Assembly: GCA_934728585.1 (NCBI GenBank)
Contig: CAKVDZ010000008.1
Location: forward strand, 4,559-68,558
Direction: 5' to 3'
DNA length: 64,000 nt
From: an uncultured Candidatus Melainabacteria bacterium
Lineage (GTDB): Bacteria > Cyanobacteriota > Vampirovibrionia > Gastranaerophilales > Gastranaerophilaceae
A model generated the notes under the pieces. The model was not told where the DNA came from, ran no database searches, and saw only the letters and a list, made by a program, of their open reading frames with translations. This document shows, piece by piece, positions 28,296 to 37,771 of the stretch (position 1 is its first letter; every line of letters starts with the position of its first letter). A program made the translations under genes and the position numbers.

Positions 28296-29033
28296 TTATT
28301 TGCAAGTTGGAGTAGCCCAAGATAGTTCTGTACCATTAGAACATTTTCCACCATTTGCTTTTAAATATTCCATATTTTCGTTTTCAATAACCCAACCAGC
28401 ACAACTAAATCCAGTGCTAAAGCAGGTAGTAGCTAAAGAATCACCATCGGTAGTGTTTTGACCACCTGCAGGATAAATACCAGATTTTGTTATTAAAAAC
28501 TCAAACGTATCATTCCCATATTCATTTACCCCTTTTGCTCCATCAAGATCTACTTGAATTGAACCACAAGTATTGAGAGTTGGATTAATATCATCAGAAC
28601 TAAAATCAAGTGAACAATCATTACTAATAATAGAAAAACCAATTGCAGCACCATCAGCTAATAAATAAGCTTTAGCGTAACCAGGTACAGTATTTCCATC
28701 TCCAGCTTTATAAACTTCTGAAGCAAAACAGCCAGCATTTCCAACTTCACAAGTTTTAGATATTTTTAGAAATTCACCCATACGATTTGCAGCGATAACA
28801 CCAGCATCATCGTCTGCAGATAAATTAGTAAACCATCTTGATATAGGTCCGTAAGTAGCAACCGCTCTTCCAAAAGCATCTTCTAAAACAGCATATTCTT
28901 TTTTTAATTTTGCGACTTTTTCTCTATCACCTGTTGATTGATTCAAATTTGGGATAGTTAACGCTGCGACAACACCGATAATACCCATTACTATTAATGT
29001 TTCTGCCAATGTAAATGCTAATATTTTTCTCAT
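28296..29033 (-). CDS. Prepilin-type N-terminal domain protein (type IV pilin/pseudopilin-like)
   Basis: MRKILA|FTLAETLIVMGIIGVVAALTIPNL, with GGAG RBS. Cys-rich C-terminus ending PTCK. Confidence 0.8.
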   Translation of the reverse strand: MRKILAFTLAETLIVMGIIGVVAALTIPNLNQSTGDREKVAKLKKEYAVLEDAFGRAVATYGPISRWFTNLSADDDAGVIAANRMGEFLKISKTCEVGNAGCFASEVYKAGDGNTVPGYAKAYLLADGAAIGFSIISNDCSLDFSSDDINPTLNTCGSIQVDLDGAKGVNEYGNDTFEFLITKSGIYPAGGQNTTDGDSLATTCFSTGFSCAGWVIENENMEYLKANGGKCSNGTELSWATPTCK

Positions 29034-29183
29034 ATAACTCCTTACATAAAAAATAATAATTGAATAATAACATTTTAAATAAACTTTTGCAAGAAAATAT
29101 TGACTTATAAAAAAACATCATTAAATAAATTACATCTACATAAATAAATCTACAAATTCTACAAAAATGCAATCGAGGTAATT

Positions 29184-29576
29184 ATGATTTTAGAACTTTT
29201 ACAAAACTTATTTTCATGCGAACAAAAATGCCAACATACTCGCGTTAGCTTAGACAAAGATTTCAGCTATTGCCCTGATTGCGGAGCGTTAATCGAAAAT
29301 CAATGGTATATCGTAAGATGTGCTTGTTGTGGAATTAAAGAAAAAGCTATTGTAAAAAACGGCAAAATCGTTCCTGTTGAACATTTCTGTCACAATTGTG
29401 GTAGCGAAGAATATATTGTTGAAAAACTTGATACAATTGATTTTATCAACATCAATTATGCAGCACTAATTCAAAAAGAAACAGAACACAGAACTGAACG
29501 TAAAGTTACACAATGTTGGGTTGATTCTACAAAAAGAACAGTTGAGCAACCATTATTGCTACCAGTATTCCAATAA
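29184..29576 (+). CDS. Hypothetical zinc-ribbon protein
   Basis: CPDC...CACC and CHNC pairs. The last ~50 nt overlap the convergent spmB-like gene. Confidence 0.5.
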   Translation: MILELLQNLFSCEQKCQHTRVSLDKDFSYCPDCGALIENQWYIVRCACCGIKEKAIVKNGKIVPVEHFCHNCGSEEYIVEKLDTIDFININYAALIQKETEHRTERKVTQCWVDSTKRTVEQPLLLPVFQ

Positions 29577-30066
29577 TATCGGCTAAAATACCAGTTAACA
29601 GCGCATATCTAACTTTTTTAATTCCAACTGAGCCGAAATATACTGCCAAAACATAAAAAGTTGTTTCTGAACTACCAACAATAATTGCAGATAACTTTGT
29701 TGCATACGCATCAGGTCCAAAATTATTTGCAATATCAGAAAAAATACCCAACGCCGCAGAACCTGACAATGAACGTACAATCATTAACGGTAATACTTCA
29801 GCTGGAATAGAAAAATGATTTAAAATTCCAGAAAAAAGATTACCACATAAATCAATAAAACCAGATGCTCTAAGCATAGATATCGACACTAAAATTGCAA
29901 CCAAATATGGAATAATATTTACAGCAACCTTAAAACCGTCCTTTGCACCATCTGTAAAAACTTCATAAACAGGAACTTTTTTTATCATGCCAGTCGTCAA
30001 AATCGTTATCAAAATCACTGGTAAAATCCACAAAGAAAGCGTATTCATAACTGATTGAAAGGTCAT
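29527..30066 (-). CDS. Nucleoside-recognition-domain membrane protein, SpmB-like
   Basis: Polytopic. The likely start is MTFQ at 30066, forming TAATG with the upstream stop. Confidence 0.7.
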   Translation of the reverse strand: MTFQSVMNTLSLWILPVILITILTTGMIKKVPVYEVFTDGAKDGFKVAVNIIPYLVAILVSISMLRASGFIDLCGNLFSGILNHFSIPAEVLPLMIVRSLSGSAALGIFSDIANNFGPDAYATKLSAIIVGSSETTFYVLAVYFGSVGIKKVRYALLTGILADIIGILVAIMVAQLFFL

Positions 30067-30683
30067 TATTGCGCCCTCCAAATATATTGGAAAATCTTAG
30101 CAATAACAACAGCAGAAACAAATGCCACACCCGTTACTATTAGAGTTGGAAGAATAATTTCAGTTGGATTTTTATACCCAATTCCAACAAGAACTGCAAT
30201 TACTGTCGCAGGAATTATCTGAAATCCAGCTGTATTCATAGCCAAAAACATACACATAGCATTTGACGCACTGTCTTTATCTTTATTAATTTCTTGTAAT
30301 TCCTCCATAGCTTTTAAACCGATTGGAGTTGCCGCATTAGTCAAGCCTAAAGCGTTTGCTGAAAAACTCATTGTAATATCTCCAACGGCCTTATTATCTT
30401 GAGGAACTTCATCAAACAACCATTTTGTAATAGGTTTTATTAGTTTTGTTATAAAATCAACGATTCCAGAGGCCTCTGCGACTTTCATAATTCCAAGCCA
30501 AAATGCCATTATACCAATTAGAGAAAATGCAACTTTTACCGACAAATCAGCACCTGTTAAAATAGCATTAACAACCTCTTGCAAGCGTCCCTCTACGACT
30601 GCTGTTATTAGAGATATTAAAATTAATAAGTAAAATACCCAATTCATACTTATTATTAAATCATTATGTATAACAAATTCCAA
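30066..30683 (-). CDS. Nucleoside-recognition-domain membrane protein, SpmA-like
   Basis: MNWVFYLLILISLITAVVEG... is a typical SpmA N-terminus, so the start may be 30647. Confidence 0.7.
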   Translation of the reverse strand: MEFVIHNDLIISMNWVFYLLILISLITAVVEGRLQEVVNAILTGADLSVKVAFSLIGIMAFWLGIMKVAEASGIVDFITKLIKPITKWLFDEVPQDNKAVGDITMSFSANALGLTNAATPIGLKAMEELQEINKDKDSASNAMCMFLAMNTAGFQIIPATVIAVLVGIGYKNPTEIILPTLIVTGVAFVSAVVIAKIFQYIWRAQ

Positions 30684-30690
30684 AAACTTA

Positions 30691-31701
30691 ATGAAACGTA
30701 AAAAAGTTGTAGAAATAGAAAAAGTTGATATACTTAAAAATAAAGAAAGAATTGGAATTATGTTAAACTCATTAAAACTTGAAGAAATTAGACCAGAATT
30801 AATAAATCTTACTGGTGTAAGACTTTTAGTATTATTTTCGCTGTTATTAGACTCACCTAAAACAGCAGAAGAAATTAGTGACTATTTTGAAAAGAATAAT
30901 TATCCAAAAAGTATTTTTTCAATTGATACACTTAGAAACGATATGAATGCCTTACGTTCTGCAGGTTGTAAAATTTCACGTGCTGACAAATCCAACAATT
31001 TCCAATATAAATTGCTTTCTCACCCGTTTGAAATGACTATCAATATGGCATTAGCAAAATCTTTTGAAAAACTTTATAACAATATTTACGATAGACTTTC
31101 AATCCAACAACTTATTTTGATTGAAAATCTATTTGAAAATATTTCAAAATATACTTTAGATATAGAAACGGCAGAATACTTAAATGGTATATCCTTATTA
31201 AAAAGATTAAATAAGACTATTTTAAAAGATTTAATAAAAGCAAAAAATTGTAGAAATAAAATATCTTTTGTCTACAATGCACCTAATTCAGGCAAACAAG
31301 AACTTGAGTTTTACATAACTAATTTTGAATTTAGAAGCAAAAAACTATATATTAATGGATATTGTCCAACATTTAAGGACAATTCGTTCCTTTTAGTTTC
31401 AAAAATCGTATCACCAATCACTTTCCATTTAGAGAAAGGATTAATCGAAGATTTAACAAAAACAGTCGTATTAGAGCTAAAAAATGCTTCATTTTTAAAT
31501 TATCAACAAAATGAAAATGAAAAAGTTATTAAAAAAAATAGTAATTCCATAAAAATAGAATATAAAAGCGACAATGAATTTAAACTACTCCAAAAGATTT
31601 TAGCTTATGGACCAGATTGCACTGTCCTTTCGCCAATCGACTTAAAACAAACAATTAAAGAAAAATTAAAGACCATGTTAGAGGTATATAAAAATGACTA
31701 A
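30691..31701 (+). CDS. HTH-WYL-WCX type transcriptional regulator (PafB/PafC-like), member 1
   Basis: wHTH (KTAEEISDYF...IDTLRNDMNALRSAGCKI), a WYL-like beta domain (KISFVYN...KKLYINGYC) and a WCX-like C-terminus (ILAYGPDCTVLSPIDLK). The start may be 30760. Confidence 0.55.
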   Translation: MKRKKVVEIEKVDILKNKERIGIMLNSLKLEEIRPELINLTGVRLLVLFSLLLDSPKTAEEISDYFEKNNYPKSIFSIDTLRNDMNALRSAGCKISRADKSNNFQYKLLSHPFEMTINMALAKSFEKLYNNIYDRLSIQQLILIENLFENISKYTLDIETAEYLNGISLLKRLNKTILKDLIKAKNCRNKISFVYNAPNSGKQELEFYITNFEFRSKKLYINGYCPTFKDNSFLLVSKIVSPITFHLEKGLIEDLTKTVVLELKNASFLNYQQNENEKVIKKNSNSIKIEYKSDNEFKLLQKILAYGPDCTVLSPIDLKQTIKEKLKTMLEVYKND

Positions 31702-32611
31702 ATATACAAATGATAATACATCATATGCCGCATACAGGGTATTTGAAACGCTAAAATTTTTGATTGATCAACCAGCAACAGTTGAAGATATTATTAATCA
31801 CCTTGAATCACTTGAAATGTGTGGTGATAAAAATTACTCTAAGGCAGTTGTATATAAATATTTGACGACTCTTAAATTTGCAGGTATTACACTATCAAGA
31901 CATAAATGCAAATATGAAGTTCAAAATTTGCCATTTAAAATTAATTTAACAGAAGATAATTTAAAAGCGCTATCAATATTAAATGAAGTTATTAACGCAA
32001 CTCCAGAAAAAAATCTTTCTGAAACAATAAAACAATTCTTTTATCAGCTAAAAATGCGCTATGCACTACAAAACAAGCAAGATACTGAAACTTGTGAAAT
32101 AAAAAACATCATTGAAAAACCATCACAAGAACAGAAAAAAGAGATTAAAGAATATGAAAAGTATTGTGAAGATGGACTTCGTCTAAAAGTTTCTTACATA
32201 GACATCTGTGGAAATGAAGTTACATCTACATACGAACCAATTGAAGCATATTACACAAAAAATCAAGTAAAATTACTTTGCTACTGCACAAATCCAAGCG
32301 GATTTATAGAGTTTACTTCAACTCAAATTAAAGCAATTGAACAAACACCATTAAAATGTTCAAACCATTTCTTCTCTAGCACAACAGCATTTAAATTAAA
32401 AGGCAAACTTGCTAAACGATATACTTTAAGAAATGAAGAACATATATTAAGCGAAAACAATGGCGAAATAACTGTTATCAATCAAAAGGAGCCTAAAAAT
32501 CTACTATTTGCAAGACTTATGAGATATGGTGAAAATTGCGAAGTTATTTCATCAAAGCAAGATAGAAGAAATATGAAAAGCTTAATCAAAAATACATTAT
32601 CAAACTATTAA
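31694..32611 (+). CDS. HTH-WYL-WCX type transcriptional regulator, member 2
   Basis: wHTH (ATVEDIINHL...YKYLTTLKFAGITL), WYL-like (LRLKVSYID...VKLLCYC), WCX-like (LMRYGENCEVISS). Overlaps member 1 by 8 nt. Confidence 0.55.
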   Translation: MTKYTNDNTSYAAYRVFETLKFLIDQPATVEDIINHLESLEMCGDKNYSKAVVYKYLTTLKFAGITLSRHKCKYEVQNLPFKINLTEDNLKALSILNEVINATPEKNLSETIKQFFYQLKMRYALQNKQDTETCEIKNIIEKPSQEQKKEIKEYEKYCEDGLRLKVSYIDICGNEVTSTYEPIEAYYTKNQVKLLCYCTNPSGFIEFTSTQIKAIEQTPLKCSNHFFSSTTAFKLKGKLAKRYTLRNEEHILSENNGEITVINQKEPKNLLFARLMRYGENCEVISSKQDRRNMKSLIKNTLSNY

Positions 32612-32677
32612 GGACTTGATTTTATAATAATTTGATGATAAATTATTACTACGAAGAATTTACAAAAAAGTAAATTT

Positions 32678-32749
<72 letters not shown>

Positions 32750-32844
32750 TTTTTTTATGCAAATTTTAAGTAATAAAAGTAAAAAGCAAGATTTACGTAT
32801 AAGTTATAAACCATGACACAAAGATACTACAATTTATACAGAAC

Positions 32845-32872
32845 GGCTCGGACTTGTGTACAAGTCCGAGCC
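32845..32872. terminator. Long GC-rich hairpin between the convergent tRNA and hydrogenase operon
   Basis: ggctcggacttgt / acaagtccgagcc near-perfect palindrome. The flanking U tracts are weak. Confidence 0.6.
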
Positions 32873-32897
32873 TATATTTAAGACCATTAGGGTAAAC

Positions 32898-34352
32898 CTA
32901 AATCTTTTTAATATCTTCTGATTTTGATGATAATTCATCTATTAATTTTTTAGCTATACGTTGATTGTTCATAGTTGCGTTACCAGCGATACAACCACCA
33001 TCACAGCACATAACTTCAACTAAGTTACAGCCATCACAGCATTGACCGTCTTTTGCGAATTTTTTCAATTCACGAATTGAGTCCTTGTTCAAGCCACTGA
33101 TTACGTGTGGTTTAACAGAATCTTCATCTTTTAAAGATTTTTTAACTGATTCAGCAACTCCACCTGATGCACCAAAGTTTCTGGCTTGTTTTGAACTTTC
33201 TTTATCAAAAGCTGTTTCTTCACAGTTTAAGATTTCAACTTTTTTAGCAATAAATAATGCACCAAGTTCCTCAAAGCTCATTACATAGTTTACGTTGTCA
33301 TTTTCAAATCCCTCTGTACGTTTTGCAACACAAGGACTAATAAAGACAGTAACCGCATCTGGCATTTGTTTTTTTACCAATTCAGCAGTGTAGTAAAGTG
33401 GTGTTTTTGTATCTGAAACAAATGGTTTAATTTCTGGAAGATGTTTTTTAACAAGTTGGTTATAACCTGCACAACAAGAAGTTGTCATAAACTTGTCACC
33501 TTTTTCCATTCTTTCCATAAATTCTTTTGCTTCTGTACTTGCAGTAATATCTGCACCTTGAGCAACTTCATAAACATCACTAAAACCAGCTTGAATCATA
33601 GCTGTTTTCAATTGGTAAACATTTCCTGGAAATTGACCAACGATAGATGGAGCAATCATTGCAACAACTTTCTTACCGCCTTTGATACATTTTAAGATAT
33701 CAATTAATTGACTTTTTTCGTGAACAGCACCAAATGGGCAAGCAGCGATACAACGACCACAACTTATACATTTGTCAAAATCAATACTTGCAAAGCCTGT
33801 TTCGTCTTTTTGAATTGCGCCTACAGGGCAAGCTTCTTCGCAAGGAACTGTTGTTTTAACAATTGCGCTATATGGACAAGCACTCATACACATTTTACAT
33901 TTTTTACATTTTGTTTCATCAATATGAGATTTGCCGTCTACAATTGAAATTGCACCAAATTTACAAGTGCTTTGGCAAGGTCTTGCGACACAACCTTGAC
34001 ACAAATCTGTAACGTGAATTTGACTTGTTACGCAACCTTTGCAAGCTGCTTGTAATACTGTTAAATTTCTGTTATCGATTTCTGTTCTTTCGTTAGCACG
34101 TTTTGCATAAGTTGCAAGAGAAGTTCTTTCATCGTCTTCTTCAATTGGAAATCCCAAACCTGCAATAGCTCTATCTTTTAAGATAGCTCTTTCTTTGTAA
34201 ATACAGCATCTGTAAGGAACTTCAGCTCCTTTTGGACGCATATCATAAGGGATTAATCTAGTATTTTCCTCAAAATCATCTGAGAAAAATGCTTTAATCA
34301 ATCTTACTAAAATTTCTTTTTTTAAGTGAATTGCTTGACTGTTATTATTCAT
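32898..34352 (-). CDS. [FeFe]-hydrogenase-like protein with multiple 4Fe-4S domains (hfsD-like)
   Basis: H-cluster motifs TSCCAGY (L1 variant), SPCVAKRTE (L2) and MCCDGGCIAG (L3), plus several CxxCxxCxxxCP ferredoxin motifs. Confidence 0.8.
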   Translation of the reverse strand: MNNNSQAIHLKKEILVRLIKAFFSDDFEENTRLIPYDMRPKGAEVPYRCCIYKERAILKDRAIAGLGFPIEEDDERTSLATYAKRANERTEIDNRNLTVLQAACKGCVTSQIHVTDLCQGCVARPCQSTCKFGAISIVDGKSHIDETKCKKCKMCMSACPYSAIVKTTVPCEEACPVGAIQKDETGFASIDFDKCISCGRCIAACPFGAVHEKSQLIDILKCIKGGKKVVAMIAPSIVGQFPGNVYQLKTAMIQAGFSDVYEVAQGADITASTEAKEFMERMEKGDKFMTTSCCAGYNQLVKKHLPEIKPFVSDTKTPLYYTAELVKKQMPDAVTVFISPCVAKRTEGFENDNVNYVMSFEELGALFIAKKVEILNCEETAFDKESSKQARNFGASGGVAESVKKSLKDEDSVKPHVISGLNKDSIRELKKFAKDGQCCDGCNLVEVMCCDGGCIAGNATMNNQRIAKKLIDELSSKSEDIKKI

Positions 34353-34385
34353 AATTCCATTCTTTCTTCCAAACTGTAATACCTA

Positions 34386-34649
34386 CTATTTTGTTGTAGC
34401 CAATCTATCTTCAATAGCTGCTAAAACTTTTTCTACTGTTGCTTCTGCGACAACAAGGTTATCAACTTGCACATAAGGAGCTTTTGAATATTCATCATTA
34501 ATTGAACATTGTCCTAAGCAAGTAATACCAGAAACTTCCACTTTGTCACCATATTTTCTTGGTACGATGTCAATTAGTTCTTGCAAATTTGAACCGCCCA
34601 TAACAAAGCACGTTGTACCTAAGCATACTTTTACATTAATTTTCGCCAT
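34386..34649 (-). CDS. Thioredoxin-like [2Fe-2S] ferredoxin domain protein
   Basis: CLGTTC (Cx4C) and CLGQC (Cx3C); 87 aa. Confidence 0.65.
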   Translation of the reverse strand: MAKINVKVCLGTTCFVMGGSNLQELIDIVPRKYGDKVEVSGITCLGQCSINDEYSKAPYVQVDNLVVAEATVEKVLAAIEDRLATTK

Positions 34650-34656
34650 TTTTACC

Positions 34657-35814
34657 TCACATATATTGTATAGTTACTTTTTTAAAATATTTTTGTTCTA
34701 AAACATCAGCCATCTTTTTGATAACGTTTTTCCTAATTTCAATTTCAATTGGTAAATTAGGATCATAATGAGCCTGATTTAATTTTGCTCCAACCATAAA
34801 GGTTATACAATCAGAGTTTAACATAAATTTAGACAAATCTCCAGCCGCATCGTCATTAAAATTTCCACTTTCTAGATATTCTAGTGTCCTTGTTAAAGTT
34901 AAAATTCCCTCTGTTACTAAATCTATGCCGTCCATATAAGAAATTGCAGGTAATTTTCCTACATTCAAGGTCAAGTTTGTACGAATTGGAATACCAAATT
35001 CTCTAGATACTAAATTTGCTGTAGTACCACCACAAATAGCTTTTTTACCATCAAATTCCATTAATGCTTTGGCATAGAAATTATCTTTTGATTGGTGATA
35101 AGGAGGCCCCGTAAACACCACTGCATTTCTTGGATTTCTGTAATATACACACATCGCAGAAACATCGTCTTTTGGTAAATTATCGGGTTCTTTTCTTATC
35201 GCCTGCAAAACTATTTGTTCAGATAAGTCATGACTGGAAATATCAGGTCGAGCCTTTAGTTCTTTCTTGATAATTTCAATCAAACCCTCTCTGCGTAAGC
35301 CTAATTTTAAATCTTTTGTGCCTAATGCAGACTGTGTTACACCGTCTGAACAGAAAATCAATCTATCATTAACCTGCAATTTAATATGATAGATATGCAT
35401 TTTACGATTTGGAAAAGTTTTTGATTGCAATACTTCAAACTCTGGCTCTAAGACCTCACCATTTCTAATCCATAAAAATTGAGGATTTCCTTCTTCTACA
35501 ATCTTAGCATAACCGTTTTCATCACAGTCTAAAGCCGAAAAAGTAGAGTAACTTATCTTGCGAATTTGGCATACTGGCAACGAATTTAAAATAATTTCGC
35601 AAGCCTTTTTGATACTTGTACCCGCTTCAATAAATTTTAACAACATTGTAGCTGTCATACAAGCCAAAATATTAGCTTTTATGCCACTTCCTAAACCGTC
35701 AGAAAGCACTGCTAGCAATTTTCCTGACTCTGGATAACGTTTTGAGGTAAAATAATCCCCATAAGCGTTTTGATTGTATTTTTTTCTTTGAGTACAATCA
35801 ATATCAATGAACAT
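34657..35814 (-). CDS. PP2C/SpoIIE-family serine phosphatase (hfsC-like)
   Basis: LAVLSDGLGSGIKA and FCSDGVTQS. Its start overlaps the HydS stop. A C-terminal ~150-aa extra domain is present. Confidence 0.75.
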   Translation of the reverse strand: MFIDIDCTQRKKYNQNAYGDYFTSKRYPESGKLLAVLSDGLGSGIKANILACMTATMLLKFIEAGTSIKKACEIILNSLPVCQIRKISYSTFSALDCDENGYAKIVEEGNPQFLWIRNGEVLEPEFEVLQSKTFPNRKMHIYHIKLQVNDRLIFCSDGVTQSALGTKDLKLGLRREGLIEIIKKELKARPDISSHDLSEQIVLQAIRKEPDNLPKDDVSAMCVYYRNPRNAVVFTGPPYHQSKDNFYAKALMEFDGKKAICGGTTANLVSREFGIPIRTNLTLNVGKLPAISYMDGIDLVTEGILTLTRTLEYLESGNFNDDAAGDLSKFMLNSDCITFMVGAKLNQAHYDPNLPIEIEIRKNVIKKMADVLEQKYFKKVTIQYM

Positions 35815-37532
35815 TATTCTTCGTCCTCATCATCATTTGAATAATCCTGAGCAATAGAACTTAAAAGGACTTCCGTTTCTACCATGTGTTCGCCCAACAA
35901 ACACGCAATTTCTTGAACTTTGGCAATATTTTTTGTAATAACCTCTTTTGCTTTTTCTGCAATTTTTTCTCTGTCAATTTCAGCCTTTGTAACATCAGTT
36001 ATAATTGCACCGACAATTTCACCATCTTCAATCGTAAACGCACTTATATCGTACAATTTATTTTTAACTTGGTAGTGTGATTTATGAATATCTCCACCTG
36101 AAATTAACAATTGTTGGAATAAATCACTGAATGTTATAATTCTATCTAAAGACGCTCCAGAAAGTCCCTCTTTTCTTGATGAAAAGATTTCGTACATATC
36201 ACCGCAGAACATTTTCATAAACGCGTCATTTGCTTCAACAACGTTTAAATCCTTGTCTACCATAACCATAGCAGATGGCATACATCTTAACATCGCAGCA
36301 GCTTTTCGCATCGCAATTTTTCTCATGTAAGAAGCGCACATTGACGGTTCTGCATCACCTTTTATAAGAGCTTTTGCCATATCTCTACAAGTTGAATACC
36401 CACAACCGCCACAGTTTAATTCGTCTTCTGGTGTATGTTTACCAATTTTTTTCAAAACCTCTGTTATTTGAGCAAAACTTACATCATCGTCTTTTATTGG
36501 ATTTTCTTCATATTTTTCTTCAAATACAACTTCTGCAACTTTTGGAACATTTTCTCTATATTTAACTTTTGATAAAATATCTGAAACAACTGCAATTCCA
36601 GCCTTGTTTGTAGAAGCGCAAGGACCGTTTACACAACCAGATTCACAAGATAAAGCTTCAACAAAAACTTTTTTATCCAAATTATCAACATCAAGCCCGT
36701 CTAAAGCCCTGTCAAAAGAATCTAAACCACTTAAACTTACAAGTGATACATCGTCATTAATCCCAACTTTTTTTAATGTTTCGTTCATACCATCTTCAAT
36801 TGGGTACAAAGCACCCTCATTAGCTGTTTCTGGGACAAAAACATCACTTTGTTTAACATCTAACTCACTAACATTTATAAATTCATCATTTATCCAAAAA
36901 TTTAGCTCATCAAAAGTTAAAGAAGCATCTAAATATTCAGGGTGTCTATCAGCTTCATTTTTCTTACCTATGCAAGGACCAATAAAAACAACACTTATAT
37001 TATTTCCATATTTTTCTTTTAGCATTTTTGCGTGAGTAAGCGCTGGAGAACCAACATTTACAATATTTTTTGCAAATTGAGGTTTATATTTTCTGATATA
37101 GTCAACAATTACTGGGCAAGCACTTGAAATATACAAGCCATTATCCGAATTGTTTAAAATTTCTGCACATTTTATAGAAACTTGTTGAGCCCCTAAAGCA
37201 GTTTCACTTACTGCATAAAATCCTAGTTTTTTTAACACAGCAATCATTTGCTCTGCTGATAAGTCATAAATACCAGACCAACTAGGAGCTAATGAAACAT
37301 ATACTTGCTTTTGTGCAATCATTAAGGTTTTAACTTTTTCAATATCATTTCTAACCTTTTTTGCTCCAGACGGACAAACTTTAACACAGTGACCGCACGC
37401 GATACATTTGTCATTTATAACTGAAGCACTACCATCTTGTACTTTGATAGCCTTAATGTGACACTCTCTAACACACTTATAGCAGTCGTGACATTCGTTT
37501 TTTAAAGTATAGACAGGATAAACTTTGCTCAT
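35814..37532 (-). CDS. Sensory [FeFe] hydrogenase with PAS domain (HydS / hfsB-like, group C)
   Basis: 2x 4Fe-4S motifs. L1 is SSACP (proton-relay Cys replaced by Ala), L2 is GPCIGKKNE, L3 is CESGCVNG. Extra CGGCGYSTC-x16-C (Cx2Cx4Cx16C) and a PAS-like C-terminus (AMVMVDKDLNVVEANDAF). Confidence 0.85.
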   Translation of the reverse strand: MSKVYPVYTLKNECHDCYKCVRECHIKAIKVQDGSASVINDKCIACGHCVKVCPSGAKKVRNDIEKVKTLMIAQKQVYVSLAPSWSGIYDLSAEQMIAVLKKLGFYAVSETALGAQQVSIKCAEILNNSDNGLYISSACPVIVDYIRKYKPQFAKNIVNVGSPALTHAKMLKEKYGNNISVVFIGPCIGKKNEADRHPEYLDASLTFDELNFWINDEFINVSELDVKQSDVFVPETANEGALYPIEDGMNETLKKVGINDDVSLVSLSGLDSFDRALDGLDVDNLDKKVFVEALSCESGCVNGPCASTNKAGIAVVSDILSKVKYRENVPKVAEVVFEEKYEENPIKDDDVSFAQITEVLKKIGKHTPEDELNCGGCGYSTCRDMAKALIKGDAEPSMCASYMRKIAMRKAAAMLRCMPSAMVMVDKDLNVVEANDAFMKMFCGDMYEIFSSRKEGLSGASLDRIITFSDLFQQLLISGGDIHKSHYQVKNKLYDISAFTIEDGEIVGAIITDVTKAEIDREKIAEKAKEVITKNIAKVQEIACLLGEHMVETEVLLSSIAQDYSNDDEDEE

Positions 37533-37768
37533 TATAAAAGACCTTCCATTAAGGATTTCAACTTATCTTTATCAACATTTGTGTATTGCTTTCCGTCAAT
37601 AAAAATGTTAGGACCATCAGCACAATATCCCTCGCATCTTGACCCTACTAATTCTATTTTAGCAGCTAGCCCGTTTTCTTTCACATAGTTTTCAATAAAT
37701 TCAATATTTTCTGCGTTTCCTCTTGCAAAACAGGCACTGCCCATACAAACTTTAATTTCTACAGTCAT
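37532..37768 (-). CDS. Thioredoxin-like [2Fe-2S] ferredoxin domain protein (hfsA-like)
   Basis: CMGSAC (Cx4C) and CEGYC (Cx3C); 78 aa. Its stop overlaps the HydS start. Confidence 0.7.
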   Translation of the reverse strand: MTVEIKVCMGSACFARGNAENIEFIENYVKENGLAAKIELVGSRCEGYCADGPNIFIDGKQYTNVDKDKLKSLMEGLL

Positions 37769-37771
37769 TTG

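Noticed and set aside
28195-29172. ORFs 28195..28461 (+) and 28927..29172 (-) around the second pilin-like gene.
   Set aside because: The first overlaps the rpsT promoter/leader and the pilin 3' end in antisense. The second is an out-of-frame extension over the pilin start. Neither has supporting signals.
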